64,000 bases of DNA from a candidate division FCPU426 bacterium (GTDB lineage Bacteria > Oederibacteriota > Muellerivitia > Muellerivitales > Muellerivitaceae): assembly GCA_963847625.1 (NCBI GenBank), contig CAWKAR010000024.1, positions 78,219 through 142,218 of the forward strand. Reading direction: 5' to 3'. The notes under the pieces are model-generated. The model was not told the origin of the DNA and made no database searches. It saw only the letters and a list, made by a program, of their open reading frames with translations. This document shows positions 1 through 9,816 of this stretch, in pieces. Both the position numbers and the translations under genes were made by a program. Position 1 is the first letter of the stretch. Each line of letters begins with the position of its first letter.

Positions 1-239
1 GCAAGAAATACAAGAAGTGCCACCTCGAGGCGGACGAGAAGGAACTGAGCCGGGTTTTGGCCAAGACCAACGCCGAGGCGGCTTCCAAGGTGAAGGCGGA
101 GGATAAGGACCATGACCATGCAGGCCATGACCATCCCCATGACCACCACAAGCACGAAAAAGGGGGGCCGGTCAGGCCCCAGGCTCCCACCAATTTCCAA
201 AAGCAGGTGAACGCGCCTCGCAAGACCGGGGTGGCATAA
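1..239 (+). CDS. SEC-C metal-binding motif protein, 5'-partial, with His-rich tail
   Basis: Frame from position 3 reads KKYKKCHLEADEK (end of a SEC-C CPCGSGKKYKKCH motif) and continues in frame into ORF 57..239 with DHDHAGHDHPHDHH. Confidence 0.7.
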   Translation, partial: KKYKKCHLEADEKELSRVLAKTNAEAASKVKAEDKDHDHAGHDHPHDHHKHEKGGPVRPQAPTNFQKQVNAPRKTGVA

Positions 240-315
240 ATCCTATTCGAACTGGAATTTTGGATATTTAATTTTTCGGGCCTCAACGGCTCAGGCCCGC
301 GACGGGGAATATTTC

Positions 316-828
316 ATGGAACCATCAAAGATTTCATTCGAGGATAAGGGAAGCCCCCGGCCCTACCAGGTTTCCGATAAGGAAGCTTGCCTCGACATTT
401 ACGACGGAAACTCCCCGAAATTTCTCATCCCCGACGAACGGGAAAAATTCATCGCTTACCTGGATAGTGAGCCCAAGAATTTTTCCGTGGTGGAGGATGG
501 GGCGGGAAAAGTCGTGGCCTGCGGGGGTTATCTATTGGGCGATGACGGCGGATCGGCCACTCTTTGCTGGGGGATGGTCCACCGGGAATTCCACGGCCAG
601 AACATGGTTCAGCTTCTCCTCCAGAGCCGCCTGTCGGCGCTGGCCCAAGACCCGAAGGTGAAAGTGATCCGGCTGGACGCGAGCCAGGCCAGCGTGGAAT
701 TTTTCGTGAAAATGGGATTTGTCACCTACCGGATTACCCAGAATCACTTTGGCCCTAATTTGCACCGCTATGAGATGTACATGGTCATGGACGAGGATAA
801 AATTAAGGAAATTTTATCCAAAAAATAG
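316..828 (+). CDS. GNAT family N-acetyltransferase
   Basis: 170 aa; VVACGG, LCWGMVHREFHGQ (motif A-like), FFVKMGF. Confidence 0.8.
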   Translation: MEPSKISFEDKGSPRPYQVSDKEACLDIYDGNSPKFLIPDEREKFIAYLDSEPKNFSVVEDGAGKVVACGGYLLGDDGGSATLCWGMVHREFHGQNMVQLLLQSRLSALAQDPKVKVIRLDASQASVEFFVKMGFVTYRITQNHFGPNLHRYEMYMVMDEDKIKEILSKK

Positions 829-965
829 ACCGTCATTTTTAAAAAAGCTCCTTTTGAAATCGAAGCCCCGACCCTGCCGGATGAAAATCCGTTCATATTC
901 CCCTAAATCCATCCCATGAAATGGGCCTACCCGATTTAAAAGGGTTTGGATAAAATGCCTTCCTC

Positions 966-2123
966 ATGTACCCATGCCCCCATTGCGGCCAAGCCCTCGT
1001 GAAAAGGCAGAGCGATTACGGCCTCTTTTGGGCCTGCGAGGGTTGCAACCATTGGCTGGTGAGCCTGGCGATCCTGAGACGCACCATTGAAACCTCATTC
1101 TATTCCAAGCTTTGGCAGGAAGTCCGCAACAGCGGGGAAGGACAGGGTGCGAATTGTCCCATGTGTTCCAAGCCCATGAACCAGGTATTCATGGGCACTC
1201 CCGAATCCCCGCTGACATATCTTGTATGTAAAAACTGTGTTCTCAGCTGGCTATCCCCCGAAGAAAGGGCGGCCATGCCGGTGCAGGCGGCTCCCGTCCC
1301 CAAGGAGCCGGCACCGGAGGAACCCAAAGAAAAGGTTTTGCCCCAGGAAGCGGCCCAATTGCTGGCCCTTCACAAGGTGGAATTGCTCGGCGAAAGGGCC
1401 AGCCGGGAGAGGCAATTCGACGCAAGCCACCTCCCCTATTGGCAAAAATTCCTGGCCATTGTCGGCATGCCGATTGAGGATGATCCCGGGGCGATGATTA
1501 AATTCCCCTGGCTGACGGGGCTTTTAACGTTGGTTACCATCGGCTGCAGCCTTTATTTTTTCGGGGATTTCCGCGCGCCCGAGACCATCGGATTTGTCCC
1601 GAGGGATTATGACCAAGAAGGAGGGATCACTTTTCTCACCAGCTTCCTCATTCACGGGGGTTGGGTCCACCTGCTGACCAACATGTATTTTCTTTTCGTG
1701 TTCGGGAGGGTGGTCGAAGATAAAATCGGGGGATTCCTGTTTTTAGCCCTGATCCTATTTTCCACCATCGGGGGCAACGCCATGACTCTTTGTTTTGACC
1801 CCCAGTCCGACATCCCCCACGTGGGGGCCAGCGGCGGCATCGCGGGCGTTTTATTGTTCTATGCCTTCACCTTTCCCCGCAAGAAATTGGTTTTCTTTTT
1901 CTCCACTTACGGCGGTTTGCTGATGCCCAGGTTGGTCCGCATTCCGGCCTGGGCGGCTTTGGTGATGTGGGTCGCGCTCCAACTGTTCGGGGCTTCCTTT
2001 CAAAAGGTCGGCATGTCGTCCGTTTCTTATTCCGCCCACCTGGGAGGGTTTTTGGCCGGGCTCTTGTTCTGGCTGGCCTGGAAGGCGTTAAAGGGAAAGG
2101 TGGTGTTGGAAAAGCTGGGATAG
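966..2123 (+). CDS. Rhomboid intramembrane serine protease with N-terminal double Zn-ribbon
   Basis: CPHC/CEGC and CPMC/CKNC pairs; HGGWVHLLTNM, GASGG catalytic Ser motif, AHLGG. Confidence 0.9.
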   Translation: MYPCPHCGQALVKRQSDYGLFWACEGCNHWLVSLAILRRTIETSFYSKLWQEVRNSGEGQGANCPMCSKPMNQVFMGTPESPLTYLVCKNCVLSWLSPEERAAMPVQAAPVPKEPAPEEPKEKVLPQEAAQLLALHKVELLGERASRERQFDASHLPYWQKFLAIVGMPIEDDPGAMIKFPWLTGLLTLVTIGCSLYFFGDFRAPETIGFVPRDYDQEGGITFLTSFLIHGGWVHLLTNMYFLFVFGRVVEDKIGGFLFLALILFSTIGGNAMTLCFDPQSDIPHVGASGGIAGVLLFYAFTFPRKKLVFFFSTYGGLLMPRLVRIPAWAALVMWVALQLFGASFQKVGMSSVSYSAHLGGFLAGLLFWLAWKALKGKVVLEKLG

Positions 2124-2183
2124 GGTGTTTTAGAGTCTGGAAATTTTTTGCCGTTGGTTCTTAATCCGATCAAGGAGGATGTT

Positions 2184-2576
2184 ATGCGCAAGATTTTATT
2201 CGCCGTTTTGGTGTTACTCCCGTGGTTGTCGATGGCTTGCATGGATTCCCACGAGAACATGAGCCCGGTCAAATGCTTCGAGACGGCCTACCAATTGGGC
2301 ATCGAGGGGAAATATGACCAAACCGCCCCTTATTTCACCGACGCGATCCTGGATTATATGAAGAAGAACCCGGACATGACCCTCCAGAAGATCTGGGATG
2401 CCAAGTTGAACGGCGGTACCGTCAAGCTCGCCAAAGTCATCGAGAAGCAAGCCGACGATAAGAATTGCGACGTCAAATTCATGATCAACGGTCCCGACGG
2501 CATGACGGATGCCGAGGACACCCTGGTCTTTGAGCGGGGTTCGTGGAAGTTCGATAAGATGACAAGAGTGAGGTAA
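2184..2576 (+). CDS. Putative lipoprotein (NTF2/DUF4878-like)
   Basis: RBS AAGGAGG; signal peptide ending SMAC; C-terminal LVFERGSWKF. Confidence 0.55.
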   Translation: MRKILFAVLVLLPWLSMACMDSHENMSPVKCFETAYQLGIEGKYDQTAPYFTDAILDYMKKNPDMTLQKIWDAKLNGGTVKLAKVIEKQADDKNCDVKFMINGPDGMTDAEDTLVFERGSWKFDKMTRVR

Positions 2577-2640
2577 AGCCGGCCGCATTTCACCGTCTCG
2601 GTAAAAAACCGAAAACTTTTGGAGGATTCAAGGAGGGTTC

Positions 2641-3117
2641 ATGGGCCATTTATGGATTCCCGACATACCCATTTGGGAAAAAATATTTCGTTCCTTCGTC
2701 GTGTACCTGTTTATTCTTCTGGCCTTCCGCTTTACCGGTAAAAGACAAGTGGGGCAGTTGACGCCTTTTGACCTCGTGGTGCTTTTAATCATCTCCAACG
2801 TGGTACAGAACGCGGTCATCGGCAACGACAACTCCTTGGGCGGGGGACTGATCGGGGCAGTGGCCATCCTGATCTTGAATTTCTTCGTCGTGGAGGTTTC
2901 CTACCGTTTCAAACCCGCGCGGCGCTTTTTGGAGGGGGGCCCCACCCTGCTGGTTCATAACGGGAAAATCCTCTATCAACGTTTGGAGAAGGAGCGGATC
3001 ACCCTGGAAGACCTCCAGGGGGCTTTACGGCGAAGCGGGGTGGGAGAGGTTGAAAAAGTGCGCTTCGCGGTGCTGGAGGAAAACGGGCAAATCAGCGTTA
3101 TTCCCAAGGATAAATAA
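2641..3117 (+). CDS. DUF421 / YetF family membrane protein
   Basis: GKRQVGQLTPFDLVVLLIISN and AVLEENGQISVI signatures. Confidence 0.85.
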   Translation: MGHLWIPDIPIWEKIFRSFVVYLFILLAFRFTGKRQVGQLTPFDLVVLLIISNVVQNAVIGNDNSLGGGLIGAVAILILNFFVVEVSYRFKPARRFLEGGPTLLVHNGKILYQRLEKERITLEDLQGALRRSGVGEVEKVRFAVLEENGQISVIPKDK

Positions 3118-3323
3118 GCAAATCGGGAAGCTGTAAAAAATCCGGGAAACGGATTTTTATACTGCCTAAATGATGGCATTGACCGCCGGTACTTGGAGTT
3201 ATACTATCGATATTTGCTGAGTACCTTTTTGCTCCGGATATCGAACATGGCAAAATATCTTTTACCCTTAAAAAATAAAGGATTTCGACCTTTCCCATTT
3301 TCTGTTCCCGGAAAGGCCGGCCG

Positions 3324-4856
3324 ATGAAGCCCCAAAAACCCCGAAAAAATATCAAGCTTCCCAACCGGAAATCCGCTTCCACGCGAACCTCAAAGGAATC
3401 CCTCAAGCTTTCGGAAGAGAAGTTTCGAAGCCTGATCGAGAATTCAAAGGACATGATCGCAATCGTGGACACAAGGGGTGTGGGTTATTTCGTGACGCCT
3501 TTAGCCCCCCAGGTCCTGGGGTATGAAATCGGGGAAAGGAACGGCAAAAGTTTCCTGGAATTGGTCCATCCTGAGGACTTGGCCCGCATCCGCGGGTTGT
3601 TCAGGAAATTGACCCGGAGAAAGGGCGCCACTGTTTCCGCCGAACTGAGGATCAGGCACAAGGACGGATCCTGGAGGTTTATTGAGAGCCAAGGGACCAA
3701 TTACCTGGACCATCCTTCTATACAGGGCATCGTCTTGAATTTCCGGGACGTAACGGAAAAAAGAAAATCCGAGGAAATGATCCTGCATCAGCAGCGATAT
3801 TTCCAGGCCTTGATTGAGAATTCAAACGATGTGATCGGCTTGGTCGACCCCTCCGGACGGTCCGCTTACATCAGTCCCTCCTACGAGAAAATCCTGGGGT
3901 ACCGCATCCAGGATCGACTAGGCCGGTCCTTTTTCGAGATCATCCACCCCGAAGACCTGCCCGGCATCCGTCAATCCTACGGGGAACTGGCACGCACCCC
4001 AGGAGCCACCTTCACCGGCCGGTTGCGCCTCAAAAACTGTAAGGGTGAATGGCGCTATTTCGAAGCCTCCGCCACCAACCACATGGAAAACCCCCTGGTG
4101 AGGGGGATCATCCTCAATTTCCGGGACGTCACCGAAAAGAGGGAGGCCGAGAACGCTCTCCTGAAGTACGAACGCCTGGGAGCCATCGGGGAAATGGCGG
4201 CCGGCTTGGCGCATGAGATCCGCAACCCCCTCTCGGGGATATCCCTTTCCGCCCAATACCTGATGAAGAAGTTCCAAGAAGTACCCGAAGCAACGGAACA
4301 GCTCCGGAACATCCTGGATCAAACCGAGAGGCTCAAAGAATTGGTGAACGGCACCCTGGATTTTACCCGGGATAAATCCACGGAGGAAAAGCGCCGCCTG
4401 GACGCCATGGATCTTTTCAGCACCTCCCTGCGCCTGGCGCAGGTTCAATTCGGCCCCAGCCACGCCGGATTCAAAATCCATTGGGAATTCGTCCGGGGAA
4501 AGTTTTTCCTAAATATCAACCCGTACCGGGTCCAGCAGATCCTGGTAAACCTCATCTTGAACGCTTTCCAGGCCATGGGCAAAGACGGTTCTCTGGTGCT
4601 GGGATGCGAAAAGGAAGGGGATTGGATCAAATTCAAGGTGAAAGATGACGGTTCCGGCATCCCCGAAGACGCGATGGCGCGGATCTTCGAGCCCTTTTTT
4701 TCCACCAAGAAAAGGGGATCGGGCTTGGGCCTTTCGGTGTGCCAGAAAGTGGCTCATGGCTACGGAGGCGAGATTGAAGTGGAGAGGGTTTCACCCCGCG
4801 GCATGTTGTTTGTATTGAAGCTTCCGTTGAAAGAGGAGGGCCCTGTCCCTGTTTAG
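3324..4856 (+). CDS. PAS-PAS sensor histidine kinase
   Basis: Two PAS domains (VHPEDL/IHPEDL), H-box AHEIRNPL, N-box QILVNLILNA, G1 DDGSGI, F/G2 FFSTKKRGSGLGL. Confidence 0.92.
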   Translation: MKPQKPRKNIKLPNRKSASTRTSKESLKLSEEKFRSLIENSKDMIAIVDTRGVGYFVTPLAPQVLGYEIGERNGKSFLELVHPEDLARIRGLFRKLTRRKGATVSAELRIRHKDGSWRFIESQGTNYLDHPSIQGIVLNFRDVTEKRKSEEMILHQQRYFQALIENSNDVIGLVDPSGRSAYISPSYEKILGYRIQDRLGRSFFEIIHPEDLPGIRQSYGELARTPGATFTGRLRLKNCKGEWRYFEASATNHMENPLVRGIILNFRDVTEKREAENALLKYERLGAIGEMAAGLAHEIRNPLSGISLSAQYLMKKFQEVPEATEQLRNILDQTERLKELVNGTLDFTRDKSTEEKRRLDAMDLFSTSLRLAQVQFGPSHAGFKIHWEFVRGKFFLNINPYRVQQILVNLILNAFQAMGKDGSLVLGCEKEGDWIKFKVKDDGSGIPEDAMARIFEPFFSTKKRGSGLGLSVCQKVAHGYGGEIEVERVSPRGMLFVLKLPLKEEGPVPV

Positions 4857-4979
4857 CCCTTGATCGTTCCGAGGATCTTCGGAAAATTTGATGCGGCTAA
4901 TTCAAAGCCCGCCATAAACCGCTTTAATGGATCAAAATCCAGTGTTTTCCGCGCGCATAGCTTGATTTAAAATACATCA

Positions 4980-6626
4980 ATGCAATTCACCCGAAAATGG
5001 ATCTCTTTTCTTTGGCTTTTTACTTTCCTTCTCGTTTTTTCTGCGCAAGTCATTCCGAGAATTATGAATGAGTCTCCAACGAATGATGAACCTCTTGATC
5101 TTACTGGGGGTTATTTTTATTGGAAAGGCGATGTCGTTTCATGTAAATTCCATCCCCCTTTTTCCAAAATGCTCCAGTGCCTTCCTTTAAGGTTTCTGCC
5201 AGTAAAAGATGACTCGGGACCAGGGCCGCCCCCTTTCGAATTCCAATCTTACCGGTTTGTCTTTCTTTTAAACCATGATCGTTTTGAGTGGATGACCCGG
5301 GTGGGCCGGCTGGTGACCTTGTGTTTTGGCCTCGCCATCGGGGGTGTTTTGTTTTTCCTCACCCGGAGGGAGACGGCCATTATCCGTTTCACCGTCATGA
5401 CTTTATGGGTTTTCGAACCAACCTTACTCGCTTTTTCAGGGCTAGTCATGGAGGAGATACCGGCAACTTTTTTATTTTTAATCTCGGTCTTGGCTTTCAA
5501 AAAATGCCTGGAAAACGATGGTTTCTTTTGGCGCTCCTCGGTTGGAATAACTTCTGCTTTTGCCGTTTGCTCCAAGTTCTCAGCCCTCATCCTGGTTCCC
5601 GTATTTGTCTTGTTGGAGGCGCTAGATTATATCCGGCTGAAAAAATCCAATAATCTCCCGAAAATTTATGGCTGGAAAACCGCTAAAGATTGGTTTTGGG
5701 GCGCATTTGTTTTTTTTACCGTCATATTCCTCCTTTATCTGCCAGGAACCTTTCACGAACCGGACCATCTCTTTCCATTGGCCTACTTTTTTGACGCGTT
5801 AAAAACCATTTTTCAATATTCTCATTTTCAACATCCCACTTATTTCCTTGGGCAGGCCTCCCGGGAAAGCCACTGGCTTTATTTCCCGGTGGCTTTCCTG
5901 CTCAAAAGCACAATCCCCTTCCTGGTCCTGGTCTTTTTAGCCATTGGAATGGGTTTGAAAAAGAAGCTCCATCTTCCCCCCTGGATGTGGGTGCCTCCTA
6001 TTCTTTTTTTCCTTTCGATCATTCCCGGCCTAAATACAGGCGTTCGTTACCTATTGCCGGCTTATCCATTTTTAATCCTGATGGCTTCCCGTATGGCGGG
6101 CCAACTTTGGACCGGCTGGAATTCCGTCTGGGGCCGCAGCGGAAAATTAGCGCTTGGGGGATTGCTTCTTTGGCATGCCACGAGTGTGCTGGCGAACGCG
6201 CCGAATATGATCAGCTATTACAACGATTTGATCCCACAAGAAAAAAAGATTTATTACTTAGGCGATTCCAACTTGGATTTTGGCCAGGACGTTAAGCGAT
6301 TGGCGCAAGTGGGCCAGGAGAGGGGTTGGAAAAATGTGAAATTGGCCCAGTTTGACGGCATGTCCGATCCATCTCTTTACGGGCTGTCCTGGTCACCTTG
6401 GACCGAACGGGACTTGTTGAAACCGCAACCGGGTTTTGTCTATGCCATCAATTTGAACCTCATCCAATTAGGCCCAGTTTTTTTTCCGGATTTTTATCCC
6501 ATCGCGAAAAGCTGGGTTTTAAATATTCCTCCAACGGGCAGGGTCGGGGATACTTGGCTTTATTTTGAAATACCTGGGAAACCGGAACCGGATTCTTCTC
6601 CGCCCTTACACAGTGTCCGTCTTTGA
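4980..6626 (+). CDS. GT-C fold membrane glycosyltransferase (ArnT/PMT, GT39/83-like)
   Basis: Multi-TM; TNDEP, HPP, K(F)SA, GVRYLLP, DSNLDFGQD; paralog of 47722..49413. Confidence 0.75.
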   Translation: MQFTRKWISFLWLFTFLLVFSAQVIPRIMNESPTNDEPLDLTGGYFYWKGDVVSCKFHPPFSKMLQCLPLRFLPVKDDSGPGPPPFEFQSYRFVFLLNHDRFEWMTRVGRLVTLCFGLAIGGVLFFLTRRETAIIRFTVMTLWVFEPTLLAFSGLVMEEIPATFLFLISVLAFKKCLENDGFFWRSSVGITSAFAVCSKFSALILVPVFVLLEALDYIRLKKSNNLPKIYGWKTAKDWFWGAFVFFTVIFLLYLPGTFHEPDHLFPLAYFFDALKTIFQYSHFQHPTYFLGQASRESHWLYFPVAFLLKSTIPFLVLVFLAIGMGLKKKLHLPPWMWVPPILFFLSIIPGLNTGVRYLLPAYPFLILMASRMAGQLWTGWNSVWGRSGKLALGGLLLWHATSVLANAPNMISYYNDLIPQEKKIYYLGDSNLDFGQDVKRLAQVGQERGWKNVKLAQFDGMSDPSLYGLSWSPWTERDLLKPQPGFVYAINLNLIQLGPVFFPDFYPIAKSWVLNIPPTGRVGDTWLYFEIPGKPEPDSSPPLHSVRL

Positions 6627-6747
6627 AGACGGAGCCGGGGAAATGGGAATAGGGCCCCCGGGACCAATCGGGTTTCATGGCTCAGGGAACCATGAACTAT
6701 CGTATGAGTTGTTTTTTCCGGGACTAATTTGGGCGGTTTTTTCCGAA

Positions 6748-7557
6748 TCAATTGTCAACGGAGGCATTTCCGCCATTGGCCCGGCGAGGAGCGGTGCGGC
6801 GCGGGTGGGTTTTGGTGGCCTGGGCTAGGCTTACCGGCGGGGCCTTCAACAATTCCTCCACGATGGGCAAGACGACTTGGTTGGGTTTCAGCATTTGTTT
6901 GCGTAAATTTGAAAAAGTGGTTTGGGGCCAACCCTGTTGGAACCAATTGACCAGCCACTTGGGCACACCCCCCTTGGGATCGCAGTGGATCTCCGCTTCC
7001 ACATAGGTCTCGTCCGAAAAAGTCATGGGAACCAGCTTGTAAACGCAAGTCATCACCCCTCTCACGTATTTTTTCAAGGGCGGCGCCAGGGAGTCTTCCG
7101 CCGGGAGGAACTTCACCACCATCCGGCGCGTCCTGGGATCCGATTCGATGGTGACATGGGAGACGAAATCCCGGTTGGCCATGATGAAGGGGGTTCCCAC
7201 GTGGTCGTACTCGATGAACTCGGTTGGCGATAGGGGCCGCACGACGCGGGATTCCAGGAGGCTATCGACCCACTCGGTTCCCCGGTTGGTGTCGATCATG
7301 ACCGAGGCCACCTTTTCGATGGGCGCATCCACGATCCCGTCGCCCTTGAAGGCGATGATGGGGCTATGTTCCACCTTGCTCCAGTAGAGATTGATGCCGT
7401 TCGTGGTGCAGGATTTCTTCCAGTGAAAAGCCGATTCGGGAATCGCGCCGACATCCAGCGGGCCGGAGACGGCCGAACTGCCGGTATCCCCCTCTCCCGG
7501 GAAAGCCATCGCCGGGAGCCAGATTAAAGCCGGTAATATTAATTTGGAAAATTTCAC
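6748..7557 (-). CDS. START-domain lipid-binding protein
   Basis: Signal peptide; NRDFV, HCDPKGGVPKWLVN. Confidence 0.8.
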   Translation of the reverse strand: MKFSKLILPALIWLPAMAFPGEGDTGSSAVSGPLDVGAIPESAFHWKKSCTTNGINLYWSKVEHSPIIAFKGDGIVDAPIEKVASVMIDTNRGTEWVDSLLESRVVRPLSPTEFIEYDHVGTPFIMANRDFVSHVTIESDPRTRRMVVKFLPAEDSLAPPLKKYVRGVMTCVYKLVPMTFSDETYVEAEIHCDPKGGVPKWLVNWFQQGWPQTTFSNLRKQMLKPNQVVLPIVEELLKAPPVSLAQATKTHPRRTAPRRANGGNASVDN

Positions 7558-7682
7558 TTCATCCTCGCTTGGGAAAATAGGTGGGCATGATAACCGGATT
7601 TTTCCCCAATTTCACCAGTCGTTTGTGGCGCCAGGTATGGCCCGCGTCCGAGGGAAGCCCGGCGAGGAGCGATTTGGATCAG

Positions 7683-9779
7683 CTATTTCAACGCTTTAAG
7701 CACATCCTTGGCCGGTGTCAGGTCCAATGGCGCCCGAGAGGCCCACTCAAACGCCTTTTTGGCTTCCGATACGTTTCCCACCGTCAGCCATAATTGGCCC
7801 CATTTATAGAAAAGGTCAGCCGTCGGATAACCCTTCAGGGCCGCTTGTTGGTAAGCCTGAAGGTGGGCTTTCAAGTCCGACTTCCCGTAATCATAAGCGG
7901 CGGTCTTATCCCAATAAACCGATTCCAGGAAACGGTCCCCTTCAATGGAAGGAGCGGCACCCCGGAGGATTTCCAGGAGCGAGTCAAAATTTTCGGTGTC
8001 CTGAAGGTATCTTTCCAAGTCGGCCCGTTGGAAGGCGTCATGCGCCGATAACCAACGCTGGAAAGTCCCGCGATTAGCGTCCGTGACCGGAATAATCCCC
8101 AGCAGGTAACCACCGTCAGGGGACTTGAGCCCCCGGCCCACCCATTCCCACCGGCCTTCGGGAAACCGGCCGTGAAGAAAGGGAAGAAAATGAACATTCA
8201 CGAAAACCGCGGCCCAACTCGCCCGAGAGGGGTCCAGGCTTCGATTCCGCGCCGCGTTGAAAGGATAAACCGCCGCCGAAAGGGTGTGGTCGTTGAAGGA
8301 GTTTGGGTCGAAATCGGTGAAGACCAGGCCCGGGCCCTTTTCCCGGCTTTCGGAAGCCAGAAGTTGGTAGGCCTCGAGCCTTTCCGCGGATTTCACGGGG
8401 CGGCCGAAGTCTTCGGGGTGTTGACGGTAATCCACCAGGGGTTGAATCAAGTTATAAAGGTCGACCGAGGTCGAGATAACCAGTATTAAAAAGAGAGTTC
8501 CCCAACGTTTCGAGGGGGGAAGGGGCGCCAGCGCGGAAAGCAAACCGCAGGCCGTCACGAAAAGTAAAAGAGGGAGGACCTGGACGATCCGGAACGCCTC
8601 CACGTTCATGGAAAGCAGGCCGGGAAGCATCAGGACGGGGATGGAACCCAAAACCCATTTCACCCAGGGCCGGGTCCGGAGGGAGACCAGTTCCAACAAC
8701 CCCAGCCAAAAGAATGCGCCTAGGAGGGGGTTAAGAAAGCCCCATCGCACCGGCGTATAGGCGGCTTCCGCATCAAAGGAACCCCAGAAGAGGCAGGTGA
8801 AATAATGCCAAAGGGTGGCTCCTTGGTGTTTCCAAGGAAACCAGCCGCTCCAGGCCGCGACGGAGGAAATATGCCCGCCGAAACCCTGGGAAAGAACGCC
8901 CAGGAGAAAAGGGGAAAACCCCGCAATCAACCCGGTTAAAAACCAAAAGAAACTTCGGGGACGGTCCGTTTTTTTCCCCTTGGGGAGGAACCAAAAGACC
9001 GCCGACAGGAGCAGGCACACCATCAACCAGGGGGTGAAACTCACCGAGCCCAACCCGGCGCAGAGGCCGAAAAGGAAAGCGTTCATTCTTACCGATTTTG
9101 GTTTTTTGGAATGCAGGAAGGCCCCGAGGATCAGAAGGCAAAGGAACTCAAAGAGGGGAATGGAAATCCCCTGGTGGCAGATCCTCCCGATCAAGAGGGG
9201 CCAAAAGGAAAATCCCAGCAGGCAGGAGAAAATAAAAGCGAGGGATTTGGGGAGGAAATGTTTGGCCGCCCAATATCCCGAAAGGAGAGTCAAAACCGAT
9301 ACCAAAGCCGCCGGAAGCCAGAGGCCCAGGAACGGGTTGGAGCCGAGCCTGAATAGGGAAGCCGTCAACCAGACGGTCAAGGGAGGGCTTTGGCCGAAGG
9401 TGAAAAAGAATTTCCAGCGCCAATGGCGGCTCAACTCCAGCGCCAGGGTGGTGATCCAGCCCTCGTCGAGGTTGGGCCAGCCTGGAAGGGTTTGGAGACC
9501 GATGAAGCGTAGCGCCAAGGCAACCGCGAACACCAACAAGAATATCCAGGATGGGACAGGCCTCCAGGAATCCACAGTGGCAAAAGGTCCCGCGCCCTTC
9601 GCGGACGGGGTTTTCCAAACCACCCAAAGCGGGATGCCCACCCCGAACAAGGCCAGGATAAACTGGGAAGATGCGCTCAATGTGAGGCAGGAGAGGGCGA
9701 GATTCAGTGATAAAAAAAAGACGAGATATAGGATTCTGTTGTTTTGATAGCCGGGGGAAAGCGGATGTGGCTTCAACAT
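7683..9779 (-). CDS. GT-C fold glycosyltransferase-like membrane protein with C-terminal TPR-like helices
   Basis: ALRFIGL..PGWPNLDEG motif, many TM segments, TPR-like C-terminus. Confidence 0.65.
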   Translation of the reverse strand: MLKPHPLSPGYQNNRILYLVFFLSLNLALSCLTLSASSQFILALFGVGIPLWVVWKTPSAKGAGPFATVDSWRPVPSWIFLLVFAVALALRFIGLQTLPGWPNLDEGWITTLALELSRHWRWKFFFTFGQSPPLTVWLTASLFRLGSNPFLGLWLPAALVSVLTLLSGYWAAKHFLPKSLAFIFSCLLGFSFWPLLIGRICHQGISIPLFEFLCLLILGAFLHSKKPKSVRMNAFLFGLCAGLGSVSFTPWLMVCLLLSAVFWFLPKGKKTDRPRSFFWFLTGLIAGFSPFLLGVLSQGFGGHISSVAAWSGWFPWKHQGATLWHYFTCLFWGSFDAEAAYTPVRWGFLNPLLGAFFWLGLLELVSLRTRPWVKWVLGSIPVLMLPGLLSMNVEAFRIVQVLPLLLFVTACGLLSALAPLPPSKRWGTLFLILVISTSVDLYNLIQPLVDYRQHPEDFGRPVKSAERLEAYQLLASESREKGPGLVFTDFDPNSFNDHTLSAAVYPFNAARNRSLDPSRASWAAVFVNVHFLPFLHGRFPEGRWEWVGRGLKSPDGGYLLGIIPVTDANRGTFQRWLSAHDAFQRADLERYLQDTENFDSLLEILRGAAPSIEGDRFLESVYWDKTAAYDYGKSDLKAHLQAYQQAALKGYPTADLFYKWGQLWLTVGNVSEAKKAFEWASRAPLDLTPAKDVLKALK

Positions 9780-9816
9780 CCGCGCGACTCGTGGAAATAT
9801 CCGGGATCCGAAGCCA